A stretch of DNA of 64,000 nt, from contig JAYWIR010000008.1 of NCBI GenBank assembly GCA_036172245.1, positions 1,116,001-1,180,000 on the forward strand, written 5' to 3'. Shown piece by piece: positions 27,201-39,999 of the stretch (within the stretch, counting starts at the first letter, position 1; the number at the start of each line of letters is the position of its first letter). This DNA is from Raillietiella orientalis (lineage: Eukaryota). The translations under genes and the position numbers were made by a program. Under the pieces are notes generated by a model that saw only the letters and a list, made by a program, of their open reading frames with translations, ran no database searches and was not told the DNA's origin.

Positions 27201-30200
27201 GACGACGGTTCCAGGGGCCGCCAAAGCCTCCCAACTCGTCTGCAAGGTTGCGGAGGGTGCCGGCGCATCTTCCTAACCCTTCCCTGACTACTGCCGAGCA
27301 CCTCTTCCTCCCTGAATGGGGAGAGCCATCTTTCGCTTCCAGAGAGGCTAGGAAGGCGCTCCGTTTGCCTGGACAAGGAATTTCGCCCCGCACCGTCCCG
27401 GACCACGCGTTGCCCGAAGTGGGCTAGCGTGCGCTCCTGGCATTGCCAGCAGATTTGCTGAATCGCCTGGAGCAGTGAGGTGACCTCGCAGCTCTCCTCC
27501 GGAGGTCTTCAAGTAGGAACGTCTCTTTCGATGGTTCAGCTAAGACCGATGGTGCTCCAAGCAGCAGCTCGCCCTCTTCTTCCCCCCTTCCCTTCCAGCT
27601 CCTCTATGCCAGGGGGGAGGAACAGGGGCAAAGCGGATTATCCTGGACACACCGGCAGGAGCCGTCCCCGTTCAACGGGAAAGGTGCGCTCTCCCTATGA
27701 AAAAGGGAGAGGGGGGCAGCTGGGATTGAAGGGGGACGGAGCGGCCGACGGGAATTCCCTTTCCCAGGAGGAGTTGAAGGAACGAATCGCTCCCGGGTGT
27801 GTCCCGCGGCACGCGGTACCGCCTCACCCAAAGGAAGGCGCGCAGTAGAATCCCTTCCGCCCAGGAAGCGACGCGGAAAACACGGTCCGTTGCCATGGCG
27901 ATGAGACCGTCTCCTTTCCAGCCGCCTCCTCCTCTGCATCTGGACCCCTAGAGATCGATCGCCGACAAGGAGAAACCCGGGAGCAAGGAAGCGTCCGAGT
28001 GGCGGACTCCTCCGCGCTCCCGAAAAGGGAGAGGGCAGGGAGAACGGGGACTGAGTGGCGACGCGAGGGGGTGAGGGGTGCCGAACGGCGAACTCTTCGC
28101 TCCCTTTCCGAGTTCGGGAGGGCGATCCGCAGCGTCCGCTGGCGACGCCCTCCGAGGGCACTTCGTCGGACCCCCCCGCCAGCGGCTGGCGGATCGCCAC
28201 CCCATTCCGTGCCTCCTCCGTCGACCCCCTCTCGAGGGCGGTGGGGAAGGAGGAGGACCCCGACCCGACGGCGATCTCTCCCTTCCTGATGAGGGAGGGG
28301 ACGCGGAGCTCTCCAGACATACACACATCCATCTCCTTCCGCGCCCCTATAGGATGGGTTCCGCGCGCTCCTGAGGACAGAAGAATGCGGGGGTTCCTAG
28401 CTGTGGCCCTCCTTGGGGCGGGAGCAGCCGCTAAGTCCTCGGGACCGCTCCTGCTTCCCAGGATCACCGCAATCTCCTCCTCAGTCTCCCCCGAGCCGGA
28501 GCCAAGAAACCCTCAGAGACTGGAGGACGAAGGGGACCCCCTTGACCTCCCCCGCTCCTCCCACTGGACATCGGACAGGATAAGGAGGAACATTCCATCC
28601 CGGAGCCCAGCTGCTGGGGAAAGCGAGGGGATGACGCCCCCCAAACGAGCGGCAGCAGATTTCGGGCATAAACCCCGAGCAATGCGCGTCCCCAACTCCC
28701 GTCCAGCCACGCCCCGGGCGTACCCGGTGGCAACTCCCGTCCAGCCGGTCCGTTCCCCTCCCGGCGTCCCTCCCGAGAATGTGTTCCTCAGGAGCGCCCA
28801 GGAGCGGTCCGAGGGTCAACGGCCTCGCTTGCTCGCCGCCGAAGAGCGGGCACTTGCGTATGCCTTTCCCCTTCCCCTCTCGGTTCACCCCTATCCCAAT
28901 CCCCCTCGGGAAGTAAAGCAGTGGTACCGCAGGTCCCTTCTGGGCATGGAGGCACTTTTCTAGTGCTCTCCCGCGCGCGGACGGGGCGGCGTGTCGAAGG
29001 ACAGGGCAACCCGCCGTGTCAACCCTCCCCTTCCACGCCTACTTTCCTCCGGATGACCTGCAGGGGGATTCTCCGCCTCCTCCCGGAAGCTGCCCCCTGG
29101 CCTGGAGCGAAGCGCTGGAGGCCGAGTTGCATCGCGAGGTGACCTCAGAGGACGACACCCCGGAAGGGATGGCGGCCACCCGTCCTTCGCGTCTATGAGA
29201 GAACGGGGAGCTGTTGACCTCTCCTTGGCACATCCTCCCTCTGCCCCCCGTCCTTCCCCTAGTCGAGGTCGTGGCCTTGAACCCACCACTTCCGGAGAAT
29301 CCAACAGCGTGGATCGGGGAGCGCTGGCGCTACCCCACCCCCCAAGGGACACGGGAGGGGGAAGGAGCGCATCCATCAGACATCCCGCGCTTCCTGCGGA
29401 AACGTCCTTCGGGGGGCATCCACCAGCTCGGAACGCGGGCATGGTCCGAGACAGGGCCGAAGCGCGCCTTTCCTCCAGGCGGAGGGGCCTTTTGCCCTTC
29501 CTCACCGGGAGTCCCGACGACTGTCCCCGCCCCCTAGCCATGCAGGAGGGTGATGGCCACCGAGCCCAGAAACCGAAGGAGAAGCGGGGAGGATGAGCGG
29601 AACGCGGGGGAGTGACCTGCCCTAAGGGATGTCGAGGAGTCGAACGGAGGGCAGGAAAGGAGATTCCAGGAACAGCAGGTCAACCGACCCTAGGGGAGCA
29701 AAGAGGGATGAGCGCGCCGGGACGGCGGACACCGGCGGCAGAAGGCGCTTACGGTTGTGGTCCGGGACGGTGGCGTCCTGGTGGTCGGGGCCCGCTCGCG
29801 CCGGCCCCACCTGCTGCTGCAGGAGAAAGGGCGAGGGAGGGTGCGCTCCACGACAGCTGCCCTTTGCTCCCGTCCTTAGCTTACCGAGCTCTGTGAGCGC
29901 GAGGTTTCCAGTAAGGGCGGCTACGATAGCTGGTGAGGGCCCCTCAGGGTCCCAGCCGTTCCCTCCCTCCGGAGAGCTCAACCCTGGAGTGCGGCGAGGG
30001 GACGTCCCGTCCTTTGGCGGGAGTTTGCCAAGGACCCCCTGGAAGGGCAACAAAGAAGGTGAGGGGAAACAAAAGCAAAGAGGGAGAGGGGCGATCTCTG
30101 GTGAAAAGAGGAGGGCAGGAGTCGCGCGAGCATGGCGACGTCTCCCTTCTCTCGGAGACCGGAATGACTGGGAAGTCCACGAGCACTCCCCAAAAAGAAA

Positions 30201-33200
30201 GAGACCGAGTCGGCAGGAGGAAGGGAGGGGAAGGGGGGACATGAGTTTCGTGAGAGGGCGTCGCCACCGGGAGCCTACTCCTCCGGAACCGCGAAGTGAG
30301 ACTGCTGCTGCCTCACCTGCCGGTGGGAGCCAAAGGACCGAACGGCCCCTCCTTGCTTCTTTCTGACTCTCCCTCCCCCCTTCCCCAAGAGGACGCCGGC
30401 CAGAAGGCAGCAACCGCTTTCCGAAAACAGGAGCCGGAGACGGCGTGTCTCACTGACCTCTGTCGCTGTCGCTGTTCTCACTGACCAGCAACGCGAGCGA
30501 ACGTCCGGGCGCGCTCACCCCCCTCCGCAGCCCGCAAGGGATCGCCCGTCCCGGAACCTGAGGGTGCATGCATGCCCGGTGAGAGGATCCTCCGAAGACC
30601 CCGTTGGACTCGGGGCCGTCCAAAAGACGGCAGGGGGGAGGGGAGGAGAGGGAGCGTCGCTGCGCGAACTCGGCGACTGCGCATGCGCGATCGAAATCCG
30701 CGGAAGGCGCACGATGGCTGCGTCTCCCCCCTCTCCCCTTCCCTCTGCAGCTCCCCTCCGTGCCCGGACCTCCCTCGTCTTTCGTGCCCCTCTTCAGGGG
30801 CGCTTCGTTTTCGCCTTCTTGCCGGGGGAGGTAGGTTTTTCGCACGCGCGAGCTTTCCGTTTCAGAGACACGAGCCCCGCTCGGCCAAGGGAGCGAGCGC
30901 GTCACCCGTTGCCACTGGAGATGCGTCCAATGCCTGATGGAGGGCAGGGGGGCCTGATGGGGCACTACGTTCCGCCGGATCACGCCAAGAGCAAATCATG
31001 AGCGCAACGGAAGCGACGACTACGGCGGCGGCGGAAGGGGCGCTTGCCCGCTCTCTACTGGCGACGTGTGCGGCTTTCGCCGGTTTTCGCGCGGGGTCAG
31101 CCGGTGCTCCTTGGCGAGGGAAGCCGACGATTAAACCGTTTTGTTCGAACGGGTGTCATTCAGCCAGTATCAGTGGGCCACATTTAGGGGAACGCTCTTA
31201 TCTGCTACCGGTAGGCCCGATCCGTCCGTCGGAGGCACTCAGTGTGGTCTGATTTATGGATGGCGCATGCGTGCGGTCCATGCTGGGAAGCTCGTTATCA
31301 GTGGGATGCGTGCCGCAAAGCGTTCGCCCCCTCTAATTTATCGGCGCCTTGTCCTTCGTGTAAACACTGATTAGCATAAAATGCGCGAAATCCGCTTCCA
31401 CACGCCTCTTCGCAACGCGTCTACCGCCGAACTGGCAGTGACATCTAACGGCATCCCACATAAATGCTTTCAACCCTCGTGTGGCTTGCTCCCGGGCGCG
31501 GAACCCCAAGAGAGGAGGAGGGGTTGACAGGAGATGAAAGGCCAAGCTTTCGAAAGAGCGTTCCCTCGCTCGGCGCGGTTCATGCGGGAATCTCCCGCAT
31601 GAACCGTACCGCCCACTGGGACGTGGCACGCGGTGGTTCTCGTGTTTGCACCCGCTCGGAACGGAGGGAGGGGAGAGAGGGAGGAAGAGGGGAGGGGGAG
31701 AGCTCATCGACGAGGGTTCCAGAAGCAATGGGACGGGGAAGAAGGGGACGGGGGGGCAAGCTACCTCCGCCCGCCTGGTTGGAGCTCAGGCCGCTCTTCC
31801 GGGAGGCAGCGGGAGAGCCAAGGCGCACCGATGGCTTCAGCTGCTCGTCACTGCGAGCATCTGCCTCGGGCCGTTCCCCCCCCCCCGCAGAAAGGGCGTA
31901 AGCTGGCTGTTCTCTCCCTTCCTAGGGGAGCCCAGGAGTCGGCTTCTCCCCCCGAACGCAGAGGCGCGCATCTGGCGCTCGAGGGACCGGGGGAAACGGG
32001 GAGGAGGGCGAGCGCGCGACCTGGAGGATAGTCTCTCCGCGCCCGCTCGGGAGCTACCGCCCGTGCCGGGAGGTTCCGAGTCCGAGACAGATGGGGGTGG
32101 GCATGAGCAGCGGGAAGCGTATCCGCGTGCTGACCAGGTGGTGGTGGCAATAGCTTGAGGAGTTCATGCCGAATTGCAATCCGAGCCCCTCGGGGAAGGA
32201 GGGCGGATAGGATGGCCGTGGAGAGGGGCCGCCATCGGGAGCGTAGTGGGGAGGAAAGGCTGCAGGCGGTGTGTGAAGCGGACGAAACCGGCGGAGTCCT
32301 CCGCCGTCATCACCTCCTGCGTGACGATCATCGTAATCGCTTTCGTCACTGCCACGAGTTGCTCAGCGCCGCCACCGTCGGTCTCCATAGCGATCTACGA
32401 CCGCCGCCATCATTCTCGTTTCCACCGCTGCCCCCGCCGATGTCGTCTTGCCGCCACCGTTCTTTTCGCCTAGCGCCCCCGCCGGCAGCCGACATCTTCT
32501 GCGCCTCTCAGCGGTCGGAGTCCGCAGGCAGAGCAGTGGCTGGGTGGAGAAGGCGCTGCCGACGCTGGAGGGGAGGGGGAGGAGGAAGAGGACCACGCAG
32601 CTCTTCCCTCCTTCTTGCATCGATCCCGATCCGCAGCCTCTTCCTCATCGGCTGCCTCCTCCTGGGTGAATCCCGGCTTCCTCCCGGGATTCCGGGAGCC
32701 CCGCTATCGCGCTTGCTTGGGGGAGGCGGCAACGGAGGGGGGAGGAGGGGAGAGACCTCCTTCTCTCTTCCCCGCAAGGTCTGGCAGGAGAGTTCTCAAA
32801 AGAAACCTCCGGTGGGGATGACGGTGGCGCTCCTCCTCCTACTCTTCCCGTTATTGAAGGTTCTCCATCCCTCTCCCATCCCCTCATTCAGCGGAACTCC
32901 CGTTAGGGTCGTGCAACCTCCCCGGAAGTTCCTCTTTCGGTGGACGGGTTCCTCCCCCCTTACCCTCGGGTTTACACGAAAAGAGGGCTACTTTTTTCCG
33001 GGACTTTCCCGTGGACCCTGATTAGCGACACTCCAGGGACTGCACCGTTCCTTCGGAAAGGAAACTTGGAGATTGTTGTCCGGGAAACACGGGACTTCGT
33101 TTCCTCCTCCGGGGCCGGAAAACTTTCTGCGGGAGGCAGCTTCCAGTCGGCGGCGGCGCTCCGGGACTAGAAGGGCGCGGGAGCGCATCTACTCGTTCGG

Positions 33201-34826
33201 CCGTCTCCAAAGTTTCGCCTCTCCCCTTCCTCCCCTCCGCGAAACCGCTCCCGCTCCGGAGGTGGATCAAACTTTCCAAGTTTCAGCGGCGGCCTGGGGT
33301 TCCAAACTTCCGCTTCCGTTGTACCACCGGGTACTTCCAACCTTCAGCACTCCAGGTCCCTGAAGCGGGAAACGGGGAGGCGTAAGGGTCACGGCCGAAA
33401 CTCATACACCCTTCTCCTTCTCGGACCGCTGACCGACCTGCCGCCCCCATCCCATAGACGCTCGACGGTGACCGGAAGCGGGGTGTCCAGCGGTGAACTG
33501 GATGTCGGGAAACTTAGAGCTCCAAAGGCAAAGACGGTCCGTGCTCGAAGCTGCCACGGCAGGGCCGGCACGATCCAGAAGAGTCCGCTCGAACACGTCC
33601 CGCCATTTCGGGAGGCTGCGTGGCAGGGTCGTGCGTCGAGCGCGGATGCTGCTTCCCGACGTCCACTGCGTCGAACGTGGCCGGGTGAATTCCAAGAAAA
33701 CTGCGAAGATCGAGAAGCGGAGCGGGGGATTGAAGAAAGAAAAGATCCTTCCACGGTCCGTCGTCAGGGACCGGACTTGAATGATAGAGGAGTTTCTTTT
33801 TCCTTAATGCACGCACGAAGGGACCACGCCTCAGAACCGGACGCTGGATGCTCCCAAGCAGACTCCCTCGTGCAAGTCGTCGGGCGGAAAAACTCCACCC
33901 GGAAACAAAACCAACTCATGAGGGGGCCATCCCTCACCGCTGCGACGCGGTGCACCTCCACGCTCCGATGCGTATTTGAATTCCATCAAGGAAGAGTGCA
34001 CTGTCAACGCGAAATGCAGAAAGTGTCCCGTCAAAAGGTCACTCGGGAAACTCAACTTTCCGTCGTGAATAAGCGTGCGCATCCTGAAATGCACACAGCT
34101 TGAGTTGGCGGACGTGAGGCATACCCGTTCGAACCCAGCGTGACCTAGGACGACTTGGCAAGCTTGCAAGCTGCACACTTCAAATGAGCCCGTAGAACAA
34201 CGCGCGGTCTTTTCAAAGGCCTTCCACTTGCACTTCACCAAACTTGAGCTGACACAAGGCAACAGGTAGCAATTACTGGCTTGGACTTTTGCACCCATCG
34301 CCGCGATTTCATGGCGAGCAATGTGATTTCCCACTTGCAAGGTCGCTACTGTCATCAGCAAGCATCCACACACCTTGTGGTGACGAAAACTTTGCCCGAT
34401 GGCTGATGACCTGTGATGGAACAAAATTTCTTTCGGGTGCACAATGGAACAGCTGCTTACTAGCTTTGCCTATTCCAAACTGCTATGCTTCGATGCCTGC
34501 CTGCATGATATCCCACACACGAGCTTGTAGGGGTGGGGGGAGAAAAAGGGGGGAAAGGAAATGAAAAATCTTCCTTTAAGAAAACTCCAGCACCAAAATT
34601 TATTGTTGAATTCCTAAGGCGAAAAAAATCACAAGCAAACATGACTCGTATATTATGACATTCACAAGGCCACTATGCACTGGCTGATCTCATCAGTACT
34701 GTTCACAGCAATGTGGTTCCTGGATTTCAAATGACAACTCCGAATGCATGTTCTCCATGGAAGCACTCAATTGGATAAATTCTGCGAGATCCACAATCTT
34801 TCCACAGTCGGTACATGCTAAAGGCT

Positions 34827-37800
34827 TCAGGAAACATGTGTTGAATCAACATCTGCTAAGCTCTCCTGGCTGCTCAAGGTAAGGATCGTCTGCCTGCTGA
34901 GCAGCTGGATTGTGACCTGACTCATGAAACCAGGGATGGAATGACGCAGTCCAATGTACAGCTCGAATTCATCAGGGAAATGCGTGGTGAAGTTCGTTTC
35001 CAGCATCTGTAACTCGTCGTTGGGAAGGAGCTGCAATGAATGTGAGCTCAGAACTCTATGCAGTGTGATCACCTCAAACAAGAAGTAGTCTTCTGGAGAC
35101 TCAGCATACATGGATGCCACCTTGTAAGTGTGGTCGACCTTATCTACACGATACCCAGTAAGCAAATACACAAGGAGCCGCCATTCCTTTCCAATTTTCT
35201 CGAAGGAGTCCAGCATCAACTGATTTCTCTTTTTCAGGGATGCATTACGCTGTTTCAATTCTACAAAGGAGCAACAACATATCGAGAAATTGAATCCCTT
35301 TCAAGCACAAACCTTCCAGCTGTTCAGATGTGCTCTCATTAACTTTCTGACCAACCAGCAGAGTTAAATTGTCCATGTGGCCTTTCTCCATCAGACGAAT
35401 ACGATCTCTCAAGGCCTGGTTTTCCTTCTGCAATGACTGCATTTCCTTGTGTTGTGCCTGCAGTGCTAAAGAAAATGGATTTTTCCTGCAAGAAATAACT
35501 GAGCAGCCTTTCATGGATGAACCTACTTCCAGTGGAATGTATAAACGGTTTTTTTTCCGAGCTGCACGCCAGATGGGATGGAAGCACTTTGCTCTTGTAC
35601 ACATTCCTCACATAAGAATTACATAACATTCGATTCTTCCCTCTCATCACTTACTTGCTCTGCTTTGATTAGGACTAGTAGTTGCTCCTGGAATTTGTCC
35701 AATTTCTGCAGCAAAGCCTGATCTTCAGCATTGAAATTGACAGTCATCTGATTTTCGTACCTCTGTACCAAATCCCGGTAGATGTCTCTTTCCTACCAAT
35801 GTATCATGCATCACTAGCTATCCTTACGCTTCCCTCACCATCTCTAAACGAAGCATTTTATTGTTATTTTTTCTATCACATCTAGACTGCTGTTGCAGGA
35901 GCGAATCTTTCTGCTGCAGCTCAGCTTGCTGCACCTCTAGCATCTGCTTCATTGAGCGCTCAGTCTTTTCTGCCCGCTCCAATCTACAGACTCAACATGT
36001 GTTCCTCAATCACTCAACACAACTCTTACTTCTCATGCAGACTCAAGTTGGCTTCCCTCGTCAGCAGTTGTTCCCGCTGCAAATTGCCAACATACTGCAT
36101 GACAACAAGATGACTGGGGACTTTCTCATCCTCCTGCCAATTGGCAGCCATTTGTCTCCAAGTGTGCAATTCTTCCAAGAGAGAGAGCCTTTCTCGATCA
36201 ATGCGTTCTCGATCTTGGCAGCGCTCATTAGCACGCTGAAGCTGACCTTCAAGATTACCCACCTGCTCTTTCAGTAGCAAAACCTGATCATACATTCGTC
36301 TACAAAGGGACACAACAAATGGATGAACGAACAACGAATATGTCTTCCCAATACCTAAAGCTGTTATTCTGCCTCCTCAACTCTACTACCTCTTTTTGTA
36401 GCTGGGGCAATTCAATGATGCTTGTTTGCATCAAACGACTGAAGGCAGCTGCTTCCTTATCTTTTGAGAGTTCTTGCTCCAATTTCTTCACATAACTATT
36501 TATCAACTAATTGCATGGTTGAAATACCTGAATTTTCTGTTTTGCTTCCTGTAATTCCAAAGCAGCTGCTTTGCTGTTCTTCACTTCAACTAATAACCAT
36601 TCTGTTTTTTGCTTCTGCAGCTCCAGACTCTTTTCTGCAGCCAAGAGTTTACTTTCTGCCTGACTGACATCATCTTTCAACTGCAAGATTTCCAATCCAG
36701 ATGAGTACCTCAATTCACTCAGCTGCTGCCTGACCTATCAATCAATCATCTCCCAGTTAACACATCATCTTATTCCTCATTGCAAATACAGAACTTTTTG
36801 CAATTCCTCCTCTGTTTTGTGCCTACTGTCATATGCATCCCGTTGTTGCATTTGAAAACGTTTCACTGCTTCTGATGATTCATCCCTCAACTTGGCAAAT
36901 TCAGCAGCCATCACTTCATGCTCAACTTGTAGTTTCTTGAAATTTAGTTCTAGCTTAGATAACTAACTGAATTTAAAACTGTTAATGGGAATTTAAAATC
37001 ACTTTTTCTGTAAGATGTGTTTTCTCCATCTTCAGCTGCTCTTGTTTTGCATCATGTGTTGCCTTCATTTGTCTTTTTTCCCTGTCCATCCTCGCAAGCT
37101 GAGAGTTGAGCTCAACAATGGTAGATTTTGATGATTCTAGTTCTATTTGTATTTCATTAAGTTCAAAGGAACCTGGTGGGAATACAAATCAGTAATGTAG
37201 TTACCCAAAATGATATTACACAGCATTCACAGAATTCTCAGTAGGATTGCGAAAATAACCAGGATATCTTACAATTAATGGACTAATAATGGTCATTATT
37301 GTACAGTGTTGTATGCATGATGATTGTATGTATAATGCAGATTTGTGTAATCCATTTCAACAAATTGGATTCTGAGACTGCAAGTAGCTTTAGGTGGTGA
37401 AATCTGTTTGCAAAAAGTCTTGAAGTAAATCAAATTGCACAGTTTTACTACTAAAAAAGTGGATATCACGCCCATGGATGTCAGTACCTGTTCAGAGTTT
37501 GGAGCCCACAGGCATTTGAAATTGCAATGCAATATCAGCGACGCCGATAATAGTTTTAAAGGCAAACCCTCAATTAACATAAAATCGGAAATGTCAAAAT
37601 CTCACACTGCAACAACAAAACATGAATATGTCATGGAAATGAATGTAAGTCCACAAATAGGTACTTGAAGAAATTTGATTTCCGACAATTATGATTAAAT
37701 TTGAACTTTTAATGTATAAATGTGATCATTGAATTGGGTTATTTGTACTGGTGCACAGCGAAGAATCCATGAACGAATTTATAGGGGGCTTTTAACGTCT

Positions 37801-38088
37801 ACAAGCCTCAGATACGTGAAAACTATACCCCAAACTTCCGGAACACTAAATGTATTTCACACATTCGGACTCGCAAGTTTTAAGGCAATTTGCATCATTA
37901 CGATCACACGGAAAAGTTCTATAAGTATAGTTACGATTTCTGTTGACTTCAGTTTCCTGTAATTCAAATTTTCTTTTTTTTGCTGTAGGTGCAAAGAGCT
38001 CCGTAAGCATGGTTGTAAACACCATTGGTTTTTCGTCACAACCTTCACTCGACAAGTACGAATCTCTCCGTGTATCGTTAATTTCCAT
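34827..38088 (-). CDS. MAD1: Mitotic spindle assembly checkpoint protein MAD1 (~670 aa)
   Basis: Exons (minus): 38088-37935 (gccATGg start, tentative), 37172-37003, 36962-36795, 36734-36528, 36485-36355, 36299-36030, 35983-35839, 35792-35655, an ambiguous junction within 35654-35523, 35522-35313, 35260-35073, 35030-34827. Long coiled coil with ERDIYRDLVQRYENQMT (cf. ERDGMRAILGSYD) and an RWD tail YLLTGYRVD...YKVASMYAESPEDYFLF...LQMLET...SIPGFMSQVTIQL typical of MAD1. Confidence 0.92.
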
Positions 38089-39999
38089 GGCTGAGGCATT
38101 CGATGATGTTTGTTTGCACAGAATAATGATTTTTAATTCTTGTTTCAAATCTCACTTCACAACGTGCAAGTGATCCTCATCTTTTTACGAAAGCAACCGT
38201 CCTGGACCTTTTTCTGGTCCTAAGAGGCGCCAGTTTCCAGCCATCAAAAGAAAGAAAAAAAATAAGTAAAATAAAACACTCTATCTCAACTGTGTAGAAA
38301 ACTTAAGCTGCTTCTGTTTCTAAAAATTGATTGTCACAAAAATAAAATGCACTTCACGTTCTGAAAGATTCATACATTCGGACATTACGAACAATCCAAA
38401 CGACCCATCTTCCGGACACAATTGGGATTAAACTTTTAGCTCATTCGTGCTATTCGTAGTTTTGACTACTGAGTTAGAAAGATGGATAGTTGTACAGTGT
38501 ATTAAGAGTGAGAAAATAATTTACTTCAAAATGATCAGCCTTTAGTGTAATCCAGAAACGGGAACTCATGACTTCTGAAAATGAACTGATAATCCAGACG
38601 ATAACCTGAATAAAGATGCACATAAAATGTTGAAACATCTAATTAGATTGCATTTAAATTAAAAAAAAAAAAAAGACATGCATCAATTAAATGATGAATT
38701 TTGAATGTTTTACCGTGAATTTCAGATGGGAATCCACAGTAAAACATGGAACTCCCGAAGAAACACATTTCGGATTTCATAATTACAAAATAGTTGATAT
38801 GTGTCATCAGCCACAGGCTTCTTTATTTCTTAAACATAAATTCTCACACATGCACGCAAATTTTTACAAAACATGGTATTTTTGTCCATCAAATAATTGA
38901 AAATTCAATGCAGATTATAACAAAGAAGAGTGAAAACACCAGAAAAGATATGGAAAAATAAAGAAAGTTCTCGAGCACTTTCATTGATTAAATTTCATTG
39001 ATAATATCATCTTCAAGTAGATTTTCACAAATTGCTGACATGAAATATAGTAATTACTTAGCGATTAAACCTTGTAAAAGTTTCAATTTATAGAGAACAC
39101 TGGAAGCGGAGAACAAGTTAAACATACAATAAATCGATAAGGACGATAGTATGGATTTTGGAAGTAGTTTCAGTGGACCCTGTTTTTCTTCAAAAAGATT
39201 TTAGTTCCTTGGATGTGATGACGAGGAGCTCAGTTCTTTCTTCAAGATTCACGAAATACAACAAAAGAAGTCTTCTGTTTATCTTGGGGCCAAATGGGAG
39301 CAGATGCCGTTTGTGTAGGGGCTCAATGTTCTAACTCATCAAGCACACTGAAATGGTACAGTTGGGTAAACTGCTTTTCAATAAGAGAGAGAGCTGGACA
39401 ACTGAAACTGAAATTGCCGGGTAACTAGGGGATTCTCAACGAGCCTTTGGAAATACAATACATAGGCGGGTGTAAACTATCATTTTAGTATACATCCTTT
39501 AGGCTCTTCATCTACTTGTTTTCGAAGACAAATGAATGCCTATCGGAAAATGGGAAAAATCATTTTCTCGAAATCATCAAAGGCATAGACACACATCGGA
39601 TTTCAGATGCAACTTACGTAAAACAAAAACATAATAGCCGACGTTTGAGAAAAGGAAAAGATTCTTGCAAATAAATCTTCCTTCGGGCTCACTTGATGAC
39701 AAAAAGAATATCGTCATTACGATCTAGAACCTTCGCATTGCTGTTTCACTGCATTAGGAAGCATTTTTTGTCCTTCTTTCAAAGCCGTTAAGAAGCAAAT
39801 GCAAACAAGAGCCTTTGGCAAATGTTTTGAAACTATTCAAATAGGCTTATCCTTCACTTTTCCTTTTCTGTTCATATTTATAACAGATACACTCAACTGT
39901 CCCGTTATGTTTGCATCGAAAATTGCGAAAGTAAATCAACAACTGGGAAAATGTAAATTATGTAGGATCGAAGAATACTTCCAGGGTTTTGCAAACGGT

